From positions 1,444 to 65,443 of the forward strand of contig JAEUJM010000026.1 of NCBI GenBank assembly GCA_016794585.1: a DNA stretch of 64,000 bases. Direction: 5' to 3'. Shown here in pieces: positions 35,308 to 44,915 of this stretch (its first letter is position 1; each line of letters starts with the position of its first letter). The notes beneath the pieces are model-generated. The model had not been told where the DNA came from and did not search any database. It worked only from the letters and a program-made list of their open reading frames with translations. The DNA is from Acidimicrobiales bacterium (GTDB lineage: Bacteria; Actinomycetota; Acidimicrobiia; Acidimicrobiales; DATDAH01). Position numbers and translations under genes: made by a program.

Positions 35308-35493
35308 GCCGCTCGTTCGCCCTCGCTGACCGTTCCGTCACGCCGGTGCGCACGCGCCGCCGACGACGGTGAACGTAGCCCCGTGGTTGCACCCGACCGG
35401 GGATGCCCCGACGGCGACGACCTTGGCGCCGAGGTGCCCTTCCGGGCGTCACTCGGTGCGTCCGGTACGAGGGCGCCGGTGGGTCGAAGCGGC

Positions 35494-36036
35494 CTACCGC
35501 TCGGGAGGATCCGGTGGGAGCGAGGCGAGGATGGCGTCGGCGGCGGCATCGGGGCCGAGCGCGGCGGTGTCGACGACGAGGTCCGCCACGGACTCGTAGA
35601 GCGCCGAGCGGTCGTCGGCCATCGCGGCGAGGTCGGCGGCCGGGTCCGCGCCGATGAGCGGCCGGTGGTCGCCGGCGTGCACCCGCTCGCCGAGCACGGT
35701 GGGGTCCGCCCGCAACCAGACGACGTGGGCTGCGCCGAGCGCCTCGCGCACCGCGGGGTCGAGGATGACCCCGCCGGGCGCGGCCACCACGACGTCGCCA
35801 CGGCGCAGCGCGGCCAGCACCTCTGCGCTCTCGAGGCTGCGATACGCGGCCTCGCCCCCGTCTTCCCAGAGCTCGCGCACGGTCTTGCCGGTCCGGGCGG
35901 TGATGGCGACGTCGACGTCGACCAGCTCGCGGCCGGTGGCCTCGGCGAGGCGGCCGCCCACGGTGGACTTCCCCGCCCCCATCAGGCCGACGAGCACGAG
36001 GGGGGTGGTGGGGGGCAGCACGGCGTCCACGTTCAC
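35494..36036 (-). CDS. aroK: shikimate-kinase-like P-loop kinase
   Basis: GTG 36036. 'LVGLMGAGKSTVGGRLA...LVDVDVAI...APGGGVILD'-type motifs. Not in an aro operon context. Confidence 0.65.
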   Translation of the reverse strand: MNVDAVLPPTTPLVLVGLMGAGKSTVGGRLAEATGRELVDVDVAITARTGKTVRELWEDGGEAAYRSLESAEVLAALRRGDVVVAAPGGVILDPAVREALGAAHVVWLRADPTVLGERVHAGDHRPLIGADPAADLAAMADDRSALYESVADLVVDTAALGPDAAADAILASLPPDPPER

Positions 36037-36147
36037 AGACCACCGGGCCCGTCGCCAACGCCGCCTGGTGGGACCTAGGCCGCCGGGTGTCGGCCTTGGC
36101 CATCGCGTGGGCGACCTATCCTGCGCGACCGACGAAGGGGGAGCGCC

Positions 36148-37446
36148 ATGTGGGACTTCGAGACCGAGCCCGAGTTCCAGGAGAAGCTGGACTGGGCCGA
36201 CGAATTCGTGCGCGAGGAGGTCGAGCCCCTCGACCACATCTGGCGGGGCCTCGAGTTCACGCCGCTCGACGACGTGCGCCGCCGTGCCATCGACCCGCTG
36301 AAGCAGGAGGTGCGCCGCCAGAAGCTGTGGGCGACCCACCTCGGGCCCGAGCTCGGCGGCGAGGGGTACGGGCAGCTCAAGCTCTCGCTTCTGAACGAGA
36401 TCCTGGGCCGCTCCTCGTGGGCCCCGATCGTGTTCGGCTGCCAGGCCCCCGACACCGGCAACGCCGAGATCATCGCCCACTACGGCACGCCCGAGCAGAA
36501 GGAGCGCTACCTGCGCCCGCTGCTCGAGGGCGAGCTGTTCTCCTGCTACTCGATGACCGAGCCCCACGCCGGCGCCGACCCCACGATGTTCACCACCCGG
36601 GCCGAGAAGGACGGCGACGAGTGGGTGATCAACGGCTGGAAGTTCTTCTCCTCGAACGCCAACACGGCGGCCTTCCTGATCGTGATGGTGGTGACCAACC
36701 CCGACGTCAGTGCCTACAACGGCATGTCCATGTTCCTGGTCCCGACCGACACCCCGGGCGTCAACATCGTGCGCAACGTCGGCCTCGGCGGCGAGGCCGA
36801 GGACGAGGGCTCGCACGCCCTCATCCACTACGAGGACGTGCGGGTCCCCGAGGAGGCGCTGCTCGGCGGGGAGGGCCAGGCCTTCGCCATCGCCCAGACC
36901 CGTCTCGGCGGCGGGCGCATCCACCACGCCATGCGGACCATCGGCATGGCCCGCAAGGCCATGGACATGATGTGCGAGCGGGCCCTCAGCCGTGAGACGC
37001 AGGGCAGCCTCCTCGCCGACAAGCAGTTCGTGCAGGGCTACATCGCCGACTCGTACGCCCAGCTCACGCAGTTCCGCCTGCTCACGCTCTACACGGCGTG
37101 GTCCATCGACAAGCACAACGACTACCGCAAGGTGCGCAAGGACATCGCCACGGTGAAGGTCGTGATGCCCCAGGTGCTGCACGACATCGCCTGGCGGGCC
37201 ATGCAGGTCCACGGCGCCCTCGGCGTCAGCAACGAGATGCCGTTCCCCGGGATGCTGCTGGCGGCCAGCATCATGGGTCTCGCCGACGGGCCCACCGAGG
37301 TGCACAAGGTGACCGTCGCCCGCCAGGTGCTGCGCGACCACCGGCCCAGCGACGACCTCTGGCCGACCGGGCACCTGCCCAAGCTGCGCGAGGCGGCCCG
37401 GGCCAAGTACGCCGAGTTCCTGGAGATGGAGGTGGGGAACCTGTGA
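36148..37446 (+). CDS. acyl-CoA dehydrogenase family protein
   Basis: Full-length ACAD. 'YSMTEPHAGADP' and the C-terminal 'EVHKVTVARQVL' helix region are present. Confidence 0.85.
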   Translation: MWDFETEPEFQEKLDWADEFVREEVEPLDHIWRGLEFTPLDDVRRRAIDPLKQEVRRQKLWATHLGPELGGEGYGQLKLSLLNEILGRSSWAPIVFGCQAPDTGNAEIIAHYGTPEQKERYLRPLLEGELFSCYSMTEPHAGADPTMFTTRAEKDGDEWVINGWKFFSSNANTAAFLIVMVVTNPDVSAYNGMSMFLVPTDTPGVNIVRNVGLGGEAEDEGSHALIHYEDVRVPEEALLGGEGQAFAIAQTRLGGGRIHHAMRTIGMARKAMDMMCERALSRETQGSLLADKQFVQGYIADSYAQLTQFRLLTLYTAWSIDKHNDYRKVRKDIATVKVVMPQVLHDIAWRAMQVHGALGVSNEMPFPGMLLAASIMGLADGPTEVHKVTVARQVLRDHRPSDDLWPTGHLPKLREAARAKYAEFLEMEVGNL

Positions 37447-38510
37447 GCGACGAGCCGACGAGCGACGAGCCGACACTGGACGACCCGAGCCTCGAGCGCC
37501 TGGCCGCCTGGATGGACGCCCAGGGCCTGGGCCCGGCGGGCGCTCCCCTCGAATGGGGCTTCGTCTCCGGGGGCTCGCAGAACGAGATCTACGAGATCCG
37601 TCGTGGTGACCTCCACGGCGCCCTTCGCATCCCGCCGACCACCGCGCCGGAGAGCCGCGACGACGGCATCCTGCGCGAGTGGCGCATCATCGAGGCCCTC
37701 GACGGCACCGACGTGCCCCACACCGAGGCCATCGCGGTCTGCACCGACAAGGCCGTGCTCGGCCGCACCTTCTACCTGATGGGATTCGTCGACGGGTGGT
37801 CGCCGATGGGGCTGTCCGGGGGCAAGCCGTGGCCGGCACCCTTCGACGCCGACCTCGAGGCCAAGCGGGGCCTCGCGTTCCAGTTGGCCGAGGGCATCGC
37901 CCTGCTCGGTCGGGTGGACTGGCGGGCCAAGGGCCTCCAGGACCTCGGTCGCCCCGACGGCTTCCACGAGCGCCAGGTGGACCGGTGGACGGGCTTCCTC
38001 GAGCGCATCAAGGGTCGGGAGCTCTCGGGCCTCGACGAGGCGTCGGCGTGGTTGCGGGCGCACAAGCCCCTCGACTTCGTGCCTGGCCTCATGCACGGCG
38101 ACTACCAGTTCGCCAACGTCATGTTCTGCCACGGCGCGCCGGCGCGGATGGCGGCCATCGTCGACTGGGAGATGGGCACGGTCGGCGACCCCAAGCTCGA
38201 CCTCGCGTGGATGCTCCAGGGCTGGCCCGAGGACACCAGCGCACCCGAGGCCGCCACCTCGGGCTACGTCGATCTCCAGCACATGCCGTCGCGCGACGAG
38301 ATGGCGGCCCACTGGTCCGAGGTGGCCGATCGTCAGGTCGACGACCTCGACTACTACCTCGTGCTGGCCAAGTGGAAGCTCGCCATCGTCTTGGAGCAGG
38401 GCTTCCAGCGCGCCGGTGTCGACCCGAAGCTCCAAGCCTTCGGACCCATCGTGTTGGACCTGATGGCCGGCGCCGCCGAGCTGGCCGAGACCACGGACTA
38501 CGGCTCGTGA
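37443..38510 (+). CDS. phosphotransferase (APH / choline-kinase-like) family protein
   Basis: GTGA overlap with the ACAD stop. Brenner motif 'LMHGDYQFANVMF' and 'IVDWEMGTVGDP'. Confidence 0.8.
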   Translation: MSDEPTSDEPTLDDPSLERLAAWMDAQGLGPAGAPLEWGFVSGGSQNEIYEIRRGDLHGALRIPPTTAPESRDDGILREWRIIEALDGTDVPHTEAIAVCTDKAVLGRTFYLMGFVDGWSPMGLSGGKPWPAPFDADLEAKRGLAFQLAEGIALLGRVDWRAKGLQDLGRPDGFHERQVDRWTGFLERIKGRELSGLDEASAWLRAHKPLDFVPGLMHGDYQFANVMFCHGAPARMAAIVDWEMGTVGDPKLDLAWMLQGWPEDTSAPEAATSGYVDLQHMPSRDEMAAHWSEVADRQVDDLDYYLVLAKWKLAIVLEQGFQRAGVDPKLQAFGPIVLDLMAGAAELAETTDYGS

Positions 38511-38625
38511 GCCGGGTGCGCCCCGCGTCCACCGTGACGCCGGAGTGTGAGGCTGCGCCGCCGAGCGGCGCAGCGCCGATCGACGAGCCGGGCCCTGAAG
38601 GGGCACCGACGAAGGGAGTACGAGG

Positions 38626-39405
38626 ATGAGCGAGACCGACGAGCTGGTGGTGGAGCGGCGGGGCCCGGTGCTGGTGGCCCGGCTCAACCGACCGGACGCC
38701 CGCAACTCCCTCAACGCTTCGCTGTTCCGGGCCATCGGCGCCGCGGTGCTCGAGGCCGAGACCGACCCCGACCTGCGGGTGCTGGTGCTCACCGGGACGG
38801 GCGACCGGGCCTTCTGCGCGGGCATGGACCTCGCCGCCTTCGCCGCCGGCGAGCAGGTCGGCGTCGGCGACGACCCCGAGACCAAGGCCGGCAACCGCCT
38901 CATGGCCGGCGACGTGTCGGTCCCGCTGATCGGGGCCGCCAACGGCGCCGCCGTGGGCGGGGGCCTCGAGCTGCTCCTCGGCTGTGACCTCATCGTGGCC
39001 TCGGCGGACGCCCGGTTCGGGCTTCCCGAGGTGAAGCGGGGGCTGTTCCCCGGCGGTCGGGGCACGTTCCTCCCGCTGCGGGTGCCGCTCGGCCTCGCCC
39101 TCGAGATGCTGCTCACCGGAGACCTCGTCGACGCGGCCCGTGCCTACGAGATCGGCCTCGTCAACCGGGTCGTGCCCGCCGACGACGTGCTGACCGCCGC
39201 CATCGATCTCGCCGAGCGCATCGGGGCCAACGGCCCTCTGGGCGTCGCCGCGGTCAAGGAGATCGCCCGCCTCGTCCTGGTCGACACCGAGCAGGCCAAC
39301 GCCCGTCAGCGCCACTGGCAGAAGGTGGTCTTCTCCAGCGGGGACGCCAAGGAGGGGGCCACCGCCTTCGTGGAGAAGCGCGCCCCGGTCTGGAAGGGTC
39401 GCTGA
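38626..39405 (+). CDS. enoyl-CoA hydratase/isomerase (crotonase) family protein
   Basis: 'FCAGMDL' and 'AANGAAVGGGLELLLGCDL' oxyanion-hole motifs. Confidence 0.85.
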   Translation: MSETDELVVERRGPVLVARLNRPDARNSLNASLFRAIGAAVLEAETDPDLRVLVLTGTGDRAFCAGMDLAAFAAGEQVGVGDDPETKAGNRLMAGDVSVPLIGAANGAAVGGGLELLLGCDLIVASADARFGLPEVKRGLFPGGRGTFLPLRVPLGLALEMLLTGDLVDAARAYEIGLVNRVVPADDVLTAAIDLAERIGANGPLGVAAVKEIARLVLVDTEQANARQRHWQKVVFSSGDAKEGATAFVEKRAPVWKGR

Positions 39406-39407
39406 CG

Positions 39408-40391
39408 GTGCGGGCGGCCTGGTGCCCTGCGTGGGGGCCGCCCCAGGTCGTCACCGTCGAGGAGCGCCCCTCGCCCGACCTCGGCCCTGGCCAGGTGCGG
39501 GTGGGCGTCACCGCCGCCGCGGTGAACTTCCCCGACGTGCTGCTCGTCGCGGGGGAGTACCAGATCAAGGTGCCACCGCCGTTCGTCCCCGGCAGCGAGT
39601 TCGCCGGGACGGTGGTGGAGGTCGCCTCCGACGTCTCCTCACCGGCGGTGGGGGAGCGGGTCTTCGGCACCGGGCTCGTGGGCGCCTTCGCCGAGCAGGT
39701 CGTGGTCGGAGCCTCCGCGGTCACCCGGATCCCCGACGGTGTGGCCGAGGCCGACGCGGCCGCTTTCGGCGTCGCCCACCGGACCGCCTGGCACACGCTG
39801 CGTTCGGTGGCCGAGGTGCAGGCGGGCGACGAGGTGATCGTGCTGGGTGCCGGTGGCGGTGTGGGCCTGGCCACGGTGCAGCTCGCGGCACACCTCGGGG
39901 CGACGGTCACCGCCGTGGCCTCGTCGCCCGAGAAGCTGGCCGCCGCCCGGAGCGAGGGCGCCACCCGGCTGATCGACCACCGGGCCGGCGACCTGCGCCA
40001 GGCCCTGCGTGGGGCGCTCCCCGACGGCGCCGACGCGGTGATCGACCCGGTCGGCGGCGATCTCGCCGAGCCGGCGCTCCGGGCCCTGCGCTACGGCGGC
40101 CGCTTCGTCGCCGTGGGCTTCGCCTCGGGGACCATCCCCCGGGTGCCCCTCAACCTCGTCCTGCTCAAGGGCAGCCAGATCCGGGCCTTCGAGTTCCTCT
40201 CCTTCATGGTCAACCAGCCCGAGGACGCCGCCCGCAACGAGGCCGAGCTGCTCGACCTGCTTGCCGCCGGGAGGGTCGTGCCCCACATCGGGGCGCGGTT
40301 CCCCCTCAGCCGGGCCGCTGACGCCCTGGCGCTCGTCGGCGGGGGCGGCGCCGTGGGCAAGGTCGTGGTCGACGTGGCGCCGTCGCCCTGA
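39408..40391 (+). CDS. NADPH:quinone oxidoreductase-like MDR (zinc-independent) protein
   Basis: 'VNFPDVLLVAGEYQ', 'PFVPGSEFAG' and 'VLGAGGGVGLA'. Confidence 0.8.
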   Translation: MRAAWCPAWGPPQVVTVEERPSPDLGPGQVRVGVTAAAVNFPDVLLVAGEYQIKVPPPFVPGSEFAGTVVEVASDVSSPAVGERVFGTGLVGAFAEQVVVGASAVTRIPDGVAEADAAAFGVAHRTAWHTLRSVAEVQAGDEVIVLGAGGGVGLATVQLAAHLGATVTAVASSPEKLAAARSEGATRLIDHRAGDLRQALRGALPDGADAVIDPVGGDLAEPALRALRYGGRFVAVGFASGTIPRVPLNLVLLKGSQIRAFEFLSFMVNQPEDAARNEAELLDLLAAGRVVPHIGARFPLSRAADALALVGGGGAVGKVVVDVAPSP

Positions 40392-40535
40392 CCGCGCCCG
40401 ACCACCCGTCGGTCGGTCATCCGCGATCCGGTCGGGCGGCGGCGGTACCGCGCCATCGCGACCCCCGCTACCGTGCGGTGCCCGTCCTCGGCGTCCGGCC
40501 GAGCGCGGCATCTGATCGAGACCGGGGGACCCCAC

Positions 40536-43064
40536 ATGGCTGACGTCGAGGCGCTCGTCGCCGCACTGACGCTCGAGGAGAAGGCGGCGCTGACCGCCGG
40601 TGCGGACATGTTCTCGCTGGTCGGCGTCGACCGGGTCGGGATCCCGCAGGTCAACGTGACCGACGGGCCCTCCGGGGCCCGTGGCCTCAGCTACCCGGGG
40701 GCCGGCGGAGCGGCGTCGAGCTGCCTGCCGTGCGGGTCGGCCGTCGGGGCCACGTGGGACCCGGCCGTGGCCGAGGCCCTCGGCGAGCTGGTGGGGCGCG
40801 AGGCCTTCGAGCGGGGGTGCCGAGGCCTGCTGGCGCCCACGGTCAACCTGCACCGCCACCCGTTCGCCGGCCGCAACTTCGAGTGCTACTCCGAGGATCC
40901 CCTCCTGTCGGGCAAGCTCGCCGCCGCCTACGTGCGCGGGGTCCAGGGCAACGGGGTCTTCGCCACGGTCAAGCACTTCGTGGCCAACGAGGCCGAGTTC
41001 GAGCGCATGACCATGAGCTCCGACGTCGACGACCGGGCCCTGCGCGAGCTCTACCTCGTGCCCTTCGAGCTGGCGGTCAAGGAGGGTGGCGCCCTCGGGA
41101 TCATGACCTCCTACAACCGGCTCAACGGGAGCTGGCTCACCGAGCAGCAGGCCCTGCTCGTCGACCTCCTCCGCGACGAGTGGGGCTTCGAGGGCCTGGT
41201 CATGACCGACTGGTTCGCCGTGGCGAGCACGGAGACGTCGCTGCGGTCCGGGCTCGACCTGGAGATGCCGGCGCCGGCACGGGCCCTCGGCGCTGTCGTG
41301 GGCGAGGCGGTGGCCGACGGGCGCGTGCCCGAAGCCGACCTCGACGCCGCCGTCGCCCGACTCCTCCATGCGCTCGACCGGATCGGCGCCCTCGACGAGC
41401 CCACCCCGCCGCTCGTCCCCAAGCCGCCCACCGCGGCGGACGTCGACCTGCTGCGACGCGCCGCCGCCGACGCCTGCGTGCTGTTCACCAACGACGGGCT
41501 GCTCCCGATCGAACCGACGGCGGTACCGCGGGTGGCCGTCATCGGCGAGCCCGCGGTGTCCGCCTGCATCGTCGGCGGTGGCTCCGCCCAGGTCGTCCAG
41601 CATCCGCAGACGAGCGCGCTGGACGCCCTCACCACCGCGCTCGGCGACGGCGTGGAGGTCACCTACGCCCGGGCACTGGAGATCGGCCGCTCGGCCGCCG
41701 TGCTCGGCACGTCGGTCCTGCCCGCTCCCGACGGGTTCACGTTCGAGCGCTTCGCCGGCGAGGCCTTCGAGGGCGAGGTGGTCGAGCGGGGCGGGCTCGA
41801 CGAGCTGCGGAAGATGGTGATCCGCCTCGGCCAGCCCGAGGGGGAGGACGAGCGGTGGACGATGCGCATCACGGGCACGGTCGTGCCTGCGGTGACCGGC
41901 CGCTTCCAGCTCTCGCTCGCCCAGGTCGGCACGTCCCGGGTGTACCTCGACGACGAGCTCGTGCTCGACGGGGTGGAGGACCCGCCACCGCGAGGCGGAA
42001 CCGACTTCTTCGGCTACGCCAGCCTCGACAAGGTCACCGAGGTCGAGGTCACCGCCGGCACACCGATCGCCGTGCGGGTCGACTACTTCTACCGGGGCTC
42101 GGGCATGGCCGGGGTGCGGGTCGGGTTCCGGACCGCCGACGCCGATGCGCTGCTGGCCGAGGCGGTGGCCACCGCGGCCGAGGCCGATGTGGCGGTGGTG
42201 TTCGTCGGCACGAACCAGGAGTGGGAGTCCGAAGGCCACGACCGCCGCGACTTCTCCCTGCCACGCGGTCAGGACGACCTCGTCCGCCGCGTGCTCGCCG
42301 CCAACCCCCGCACCGCCGTCGTCGTCAACGCCGCCTCGCCGGTGGACCTGCCGTGGGTCGACGACGTCCCGGCCACCCTCCAGTGCTGGTTCGGCGGCCA
42401 GGAGCTCGGCCCGGCGATCGCCGACGTGCTGACGGGCGCGGCCGAACCGGGTGGGCGCCTGCCCACGACGTACCCCGAGCGGGTCGAGCACTCGCCCTCG
42501 CACGACAACTTCCCCGGCGAGAACGGCCATGTCCGCTACGGCGAGGGCGTCTTCCTGGGCTACCGCGGCTTCGACCACCGGGCCGTCACGCCACGGTTCC
42601 CGTTCGGCCACGGCCTCGGCTACACGACCTTCTCCCTCGGGGAGCCGGAGCTCTCGTCGCCGACCTTCGAGCCGGGTGGCACGCTCACCATCTCGGTGCC
42701 GATCACCAACACCGGGTCGCGGGCCGGCGCCGAGGTCGTCCAGCTCTACGTCGCTCCCGGATCGGCCCGCCTCGCCCGTCCGCCCAAGGAGCTCAAGGCC
42801 TTCGCCAAGGTGCGCCTGGCGCCGGGCGAGTCCCGCACGGTCGAGCTCGTGCTCGACGACCGCGCCTTCGCCTACTGGGACCCCGGCGAGCCCGATGGTG
42901 ACGTCGTCGCCGAGCGCCTCGGCGACATGCTCGGGGCGCAGCAGCGCGCCGAGCGGCGCGCTCCCGGGTGGCAGGTCGACCCGGGGACCTACGCGCTCCT
43001 GGTGGGCCGCTCGGCCGGCGACCTGCCCGCACAGCTGACCGTGGAGATCCCCGAGCCGAGCTGA
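40536..43064 (+). CDS. GH3 beta-glucosidase
   Basis: ATG 40536. 'GIPQVNVTDGPSGAR', 'KHFVANE', 'VMTDWFA' (nucleophile region) and a C-terminal Fn3-like 'VVQLYV...KELKAFAKV'. No signal peptide seen. Confidence 0.85.
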   Translation: MADVEALVAALTLEEKAALTAGADMFSLVGVDRVGIPQVNVTDGPSGARGLSYPGAGGAASSCLPCGSAVGATWDPAVAEALGELVGREAFERGCRGLLAPTVNLHRHPFAGRNFECYSEDPLLSGKLAAAYVRGVQGNGVFATVKHFVANEAEFERMTMSSDVDDRALRELYLVPFELAVKEGGALGIMTSYNRLNGSWLTEQQALLVDLLRDEWGFEGLVMTDWFAVASTETSLRSGLDLEMPAPARALGAVVGEAVADGRVPEADLDAAVARLLHALDRIGALDEPTPPLVPKPPTAADVDLLRRAAADACVLFTNDGLLPIEPTAVPRVAVIGEPAVSACIVGGGSAQVVQHPQTSALDALTTALGDGVEVTYARALEIGRSAAVLGTSVLPAPDGFTFERFAGEAFEGEVVERGGLDELRKMVIRLGQPEGEDERWTMRITGTVVPAVTGRFQLSLAQVGTSRVYLDDELVLDGVEDPPPRGGTDFFGYASLDKVTEVEVTAGTPIAVRVDYFYRGSGMAGVRVGFRTADADALLAEAVATAAEADVAVVFVGTNQEWESEGHDRRDFSLPRGQDDLVRRVLAANPRTAVVVNAASPVDLPWVDDVPATLQCWFGGQELGPAIADVLTGAAEPGGRLPTTYPERVEHSPSHDNFPGENGHVRYGEGVFLGYRGFDHRAVTPRFPFGHGLGYTTFSLGEPELSSPTFEPGGTLTISVPITNTGSRAGAEVVQLYVAPGSARLARPPKELKAFAKVRLAPGESRTVELVLDDRAFAYWDPGEPDGDVVAERLGDMLGAQQRAERRAPGWQVDPGTYALLVGRSAGDLPAQLTVEIPEPS

Positions 43065-43116
43065 CCTGCGCCGGGTCCCGCCCGCGGCGCCGGCGACGAG
43101 CGGGCATGCTCTCGGC

Positions 43117-44085
43117 GTGTTCCTGATGCGCTTCGACCTGCGGGCCCCCGGGCCCACCCCGCCGGCCGACCTCTACGCCACCGCCCTCGACATGGCGACG
43201 TGGGGTGAGCAGAACGGTTGCCTCGCCGTCGTGCTCTCCCAGCACCATGCCTCCGACGACGGCTACCTGCCCTCGCCCCTTGTCATGGCCGCCGCCATCG
43301 CGGCGCGCACGTCGACGGTGCCGATCAGCATCGCCGCGCTGCTCCTCCTCATGTACGACCCCGTGAAGCTGGCCGAGGACCTCAACGTGCTCGACCACCT
43401 GTCGCGGGGACGGGTGGCACCGACGATCGGGCTCGGCTACCGGCCCGAGGAGTTCGCCATGTTCGGCGTCGACCCGTCGGCGCGTGGCGCCGAGATGGAG
43501 GAGCGCCTCGCCGTCCTCCAGCGGCTGCTCGCCGGCGAGACCGTCACGTGGCGGGGACGCACCGCCACCGTGCGGCCGGGTCCCTACACCGAGGGCGGGA
43601 TGCGCCTGTCCTACGGCGGAGGCACGCCCGCCGCCGCCCGCCGTGCCGCCCGCTTCGGGCTCGACTTCATCGGCGAGGCCGACCGGCCCGACCTGGCCGA
43701 CGCCCATGCCGCGGAAGCCGAGCGGGTCGGGCGGACGCCAGGCGCGTGCCTGGTCCCGTCCAAGGCGTCACCCAGCTCCGTCTTCGTGGCCGAGGACGTC
43801 GACGCCGCCTGGGCCGCCATGGGCCCGCACCTGCTCCACGACGCCCAGGCCTACGGGGCCTGGCTGGGTGACGACCACGACGCCGTCACCCGGTCCCGGG
43901 CCACGACGGTCGACGAGCTGCGGGCCGAGAACGGCAGCTACCGCATCGTCACCCCCGAAGAGGCGGTCGCCCTGGTCCACGCCAACGGCTACCTGGGCCT
44001 CCAGCCGCTGTGCGGCGGCCTCGACCCCGACCTCGCCTGGTCGTCCCTCCACCTCATCGCCGACGAGGTCATGCCCAACCTCTGA
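43117..44085 (+). CDS. LLM-class (luciferase-like) flavin-dependent oxidoreductase
   Basis: 'DPVKLAEDLNVLDHLSRGRV..GLGYR' is typical of the LLM family. The start may be 43117 or ATG 43126. Confidence 0.75.
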   Translation: MFLMRFDLRAPGPTPPADLYATALDMATWGEQNGCLAVVLSQHHASDDGYLPSPLVMAAAIAARTSTVPISIAALLLLMYDPVKLAEDLNVLDHLSRGRVAPTIGLGYRPEEFAMFGVDPSARGAEMEERLAVLQRLLAGETVTWRGRTATVRPGPYTEGGMRLSYGGGTPAAARRAARFGLDFIGEADRPDLADAHAAEAERVGRTPGACLVPSKASPSSVFVAEDVDAAWAAMGPHLLHDAQAYGAWLGDDHDAVTRSRATTVDELRAENGSYRIVTPEEAVALVHANGYLGLQPLCGGLDPDLAWSSLHLIADEVMPNL

Positions 44086-44106
44086 CCCCGCCTAGCATCC
44101 GGCGCT

Positions 44107-44898
44107 ATGGCAGACGATCGCCCTGAGCTCACCACCCTCCTCCTGGAGGCCGCCGACGGGGTGGCCACCGTCACGCTGAACCGCCCCGAGGTCTACAACG
44201 CCTTCAACCCGGCCATGGTGGAGGAGCTCGCCTCGGTGTGGCAGTGGGCGAAGACCGCCGACGACGTGCGGGCCCTGGTGATCACCGGCGCCGGCGAGAA
44301 GGCGTTCTGCACGGGCATCGACCGCACCGACGTCGAGTTCGCCTACGACGTGTTCACCTACGAGGACCCGGGCAAGCTCCTCGGCCCCAAGAGCCAAGGC
44401 CTCTGGAAGCCGGTGATCGCCGCGGTCAACGGCATGGCCTGCGGCGGTGCCTTCTACTTCCTGGGCGAGGCCGACGTGATCCTCGCGGCAGAGCACGCCA
44501 CCTTCTTCGACCCCCACGTCACCTACGGGATGGTCGCCGCCTACGAGCCCATCCTCCTGCTGCGACGCATGCCCTTCGGCGACGTGCTGCGCATGGCCCT
44601 CACCGGGGTGCACGAGCGCCTGAGCGCCGGCAAGGCCGAGGAGCTCGGCCTCGTCAGCGAGGTGGTGGCCGCCGACGAGCTGGCCGGCGCCGCCCACCAG
44701 CTGGCCGCCACCATCGCCTCCCAGCCGGCGCTGGCCGTGCAGGCCACCCTGCGCACGCTGTGGGCGGCCAAGGACCTGCCCATCAACCAGGCCACCGAGC
44801 TGGGCAACGTGTTCCTCCAGATCGGCACGTCGGTCGACGCCCTCAACGAGGGCCAGGAGGTCTTCAAGGGCGGCCGCATCGAACCCCGCATCCGCTGA
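44107..44898 (+). CDS. enoyl-CoA hydratase/isomerase family protein
   Basis: 'VTLNRPEVYNAF', 'FCTGID' and 'AVNGMACGGAFYFLGEADV'. Confidence 0.8.
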   Translation: MADDRPELTTLLLEAADGVATVTLNRPEVYNAFNPAMVEELASVWQWAKTADDVRALVITGAGEKAFCTGIDRTDVEFAYDVFTYEDPGKLLGPKSQGLWKPVIAAVNGMACGGAFYFLGEADVILAAEHATFFDPHVTYGMVAAYEPILLLRRMPFGDVLRMALTGVHERLSAGKAEELGLVSEVVAADELAGAAHQLAATIASQPALAVQATLRTLWAAKDLPINQATELGNVFLQIGTSVDALNEGQEVFKGGRIEPRIR

Positions 44899-44915
44899 CC
44901 TGCGGGTGCGGAGGC

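Noticed and set aside
39639-43157. Very long antisense or alternative-frame ORFs. Examples: 39639..43157-, 46066..49107-, 17222..20173-, 15079..17352-, 56073..58556-, 58600..60729-, 2896..4953-, 17812..21576+ upstream part.
   Set aside because: Their translations are R/P/G/A-rich low-complexity strings with no motifs. They lie opposite or out of frame to genes with clear family signatures. In a high-GC genome, stop codons are rare in shadow frames, so ORF length alone is not evidence.
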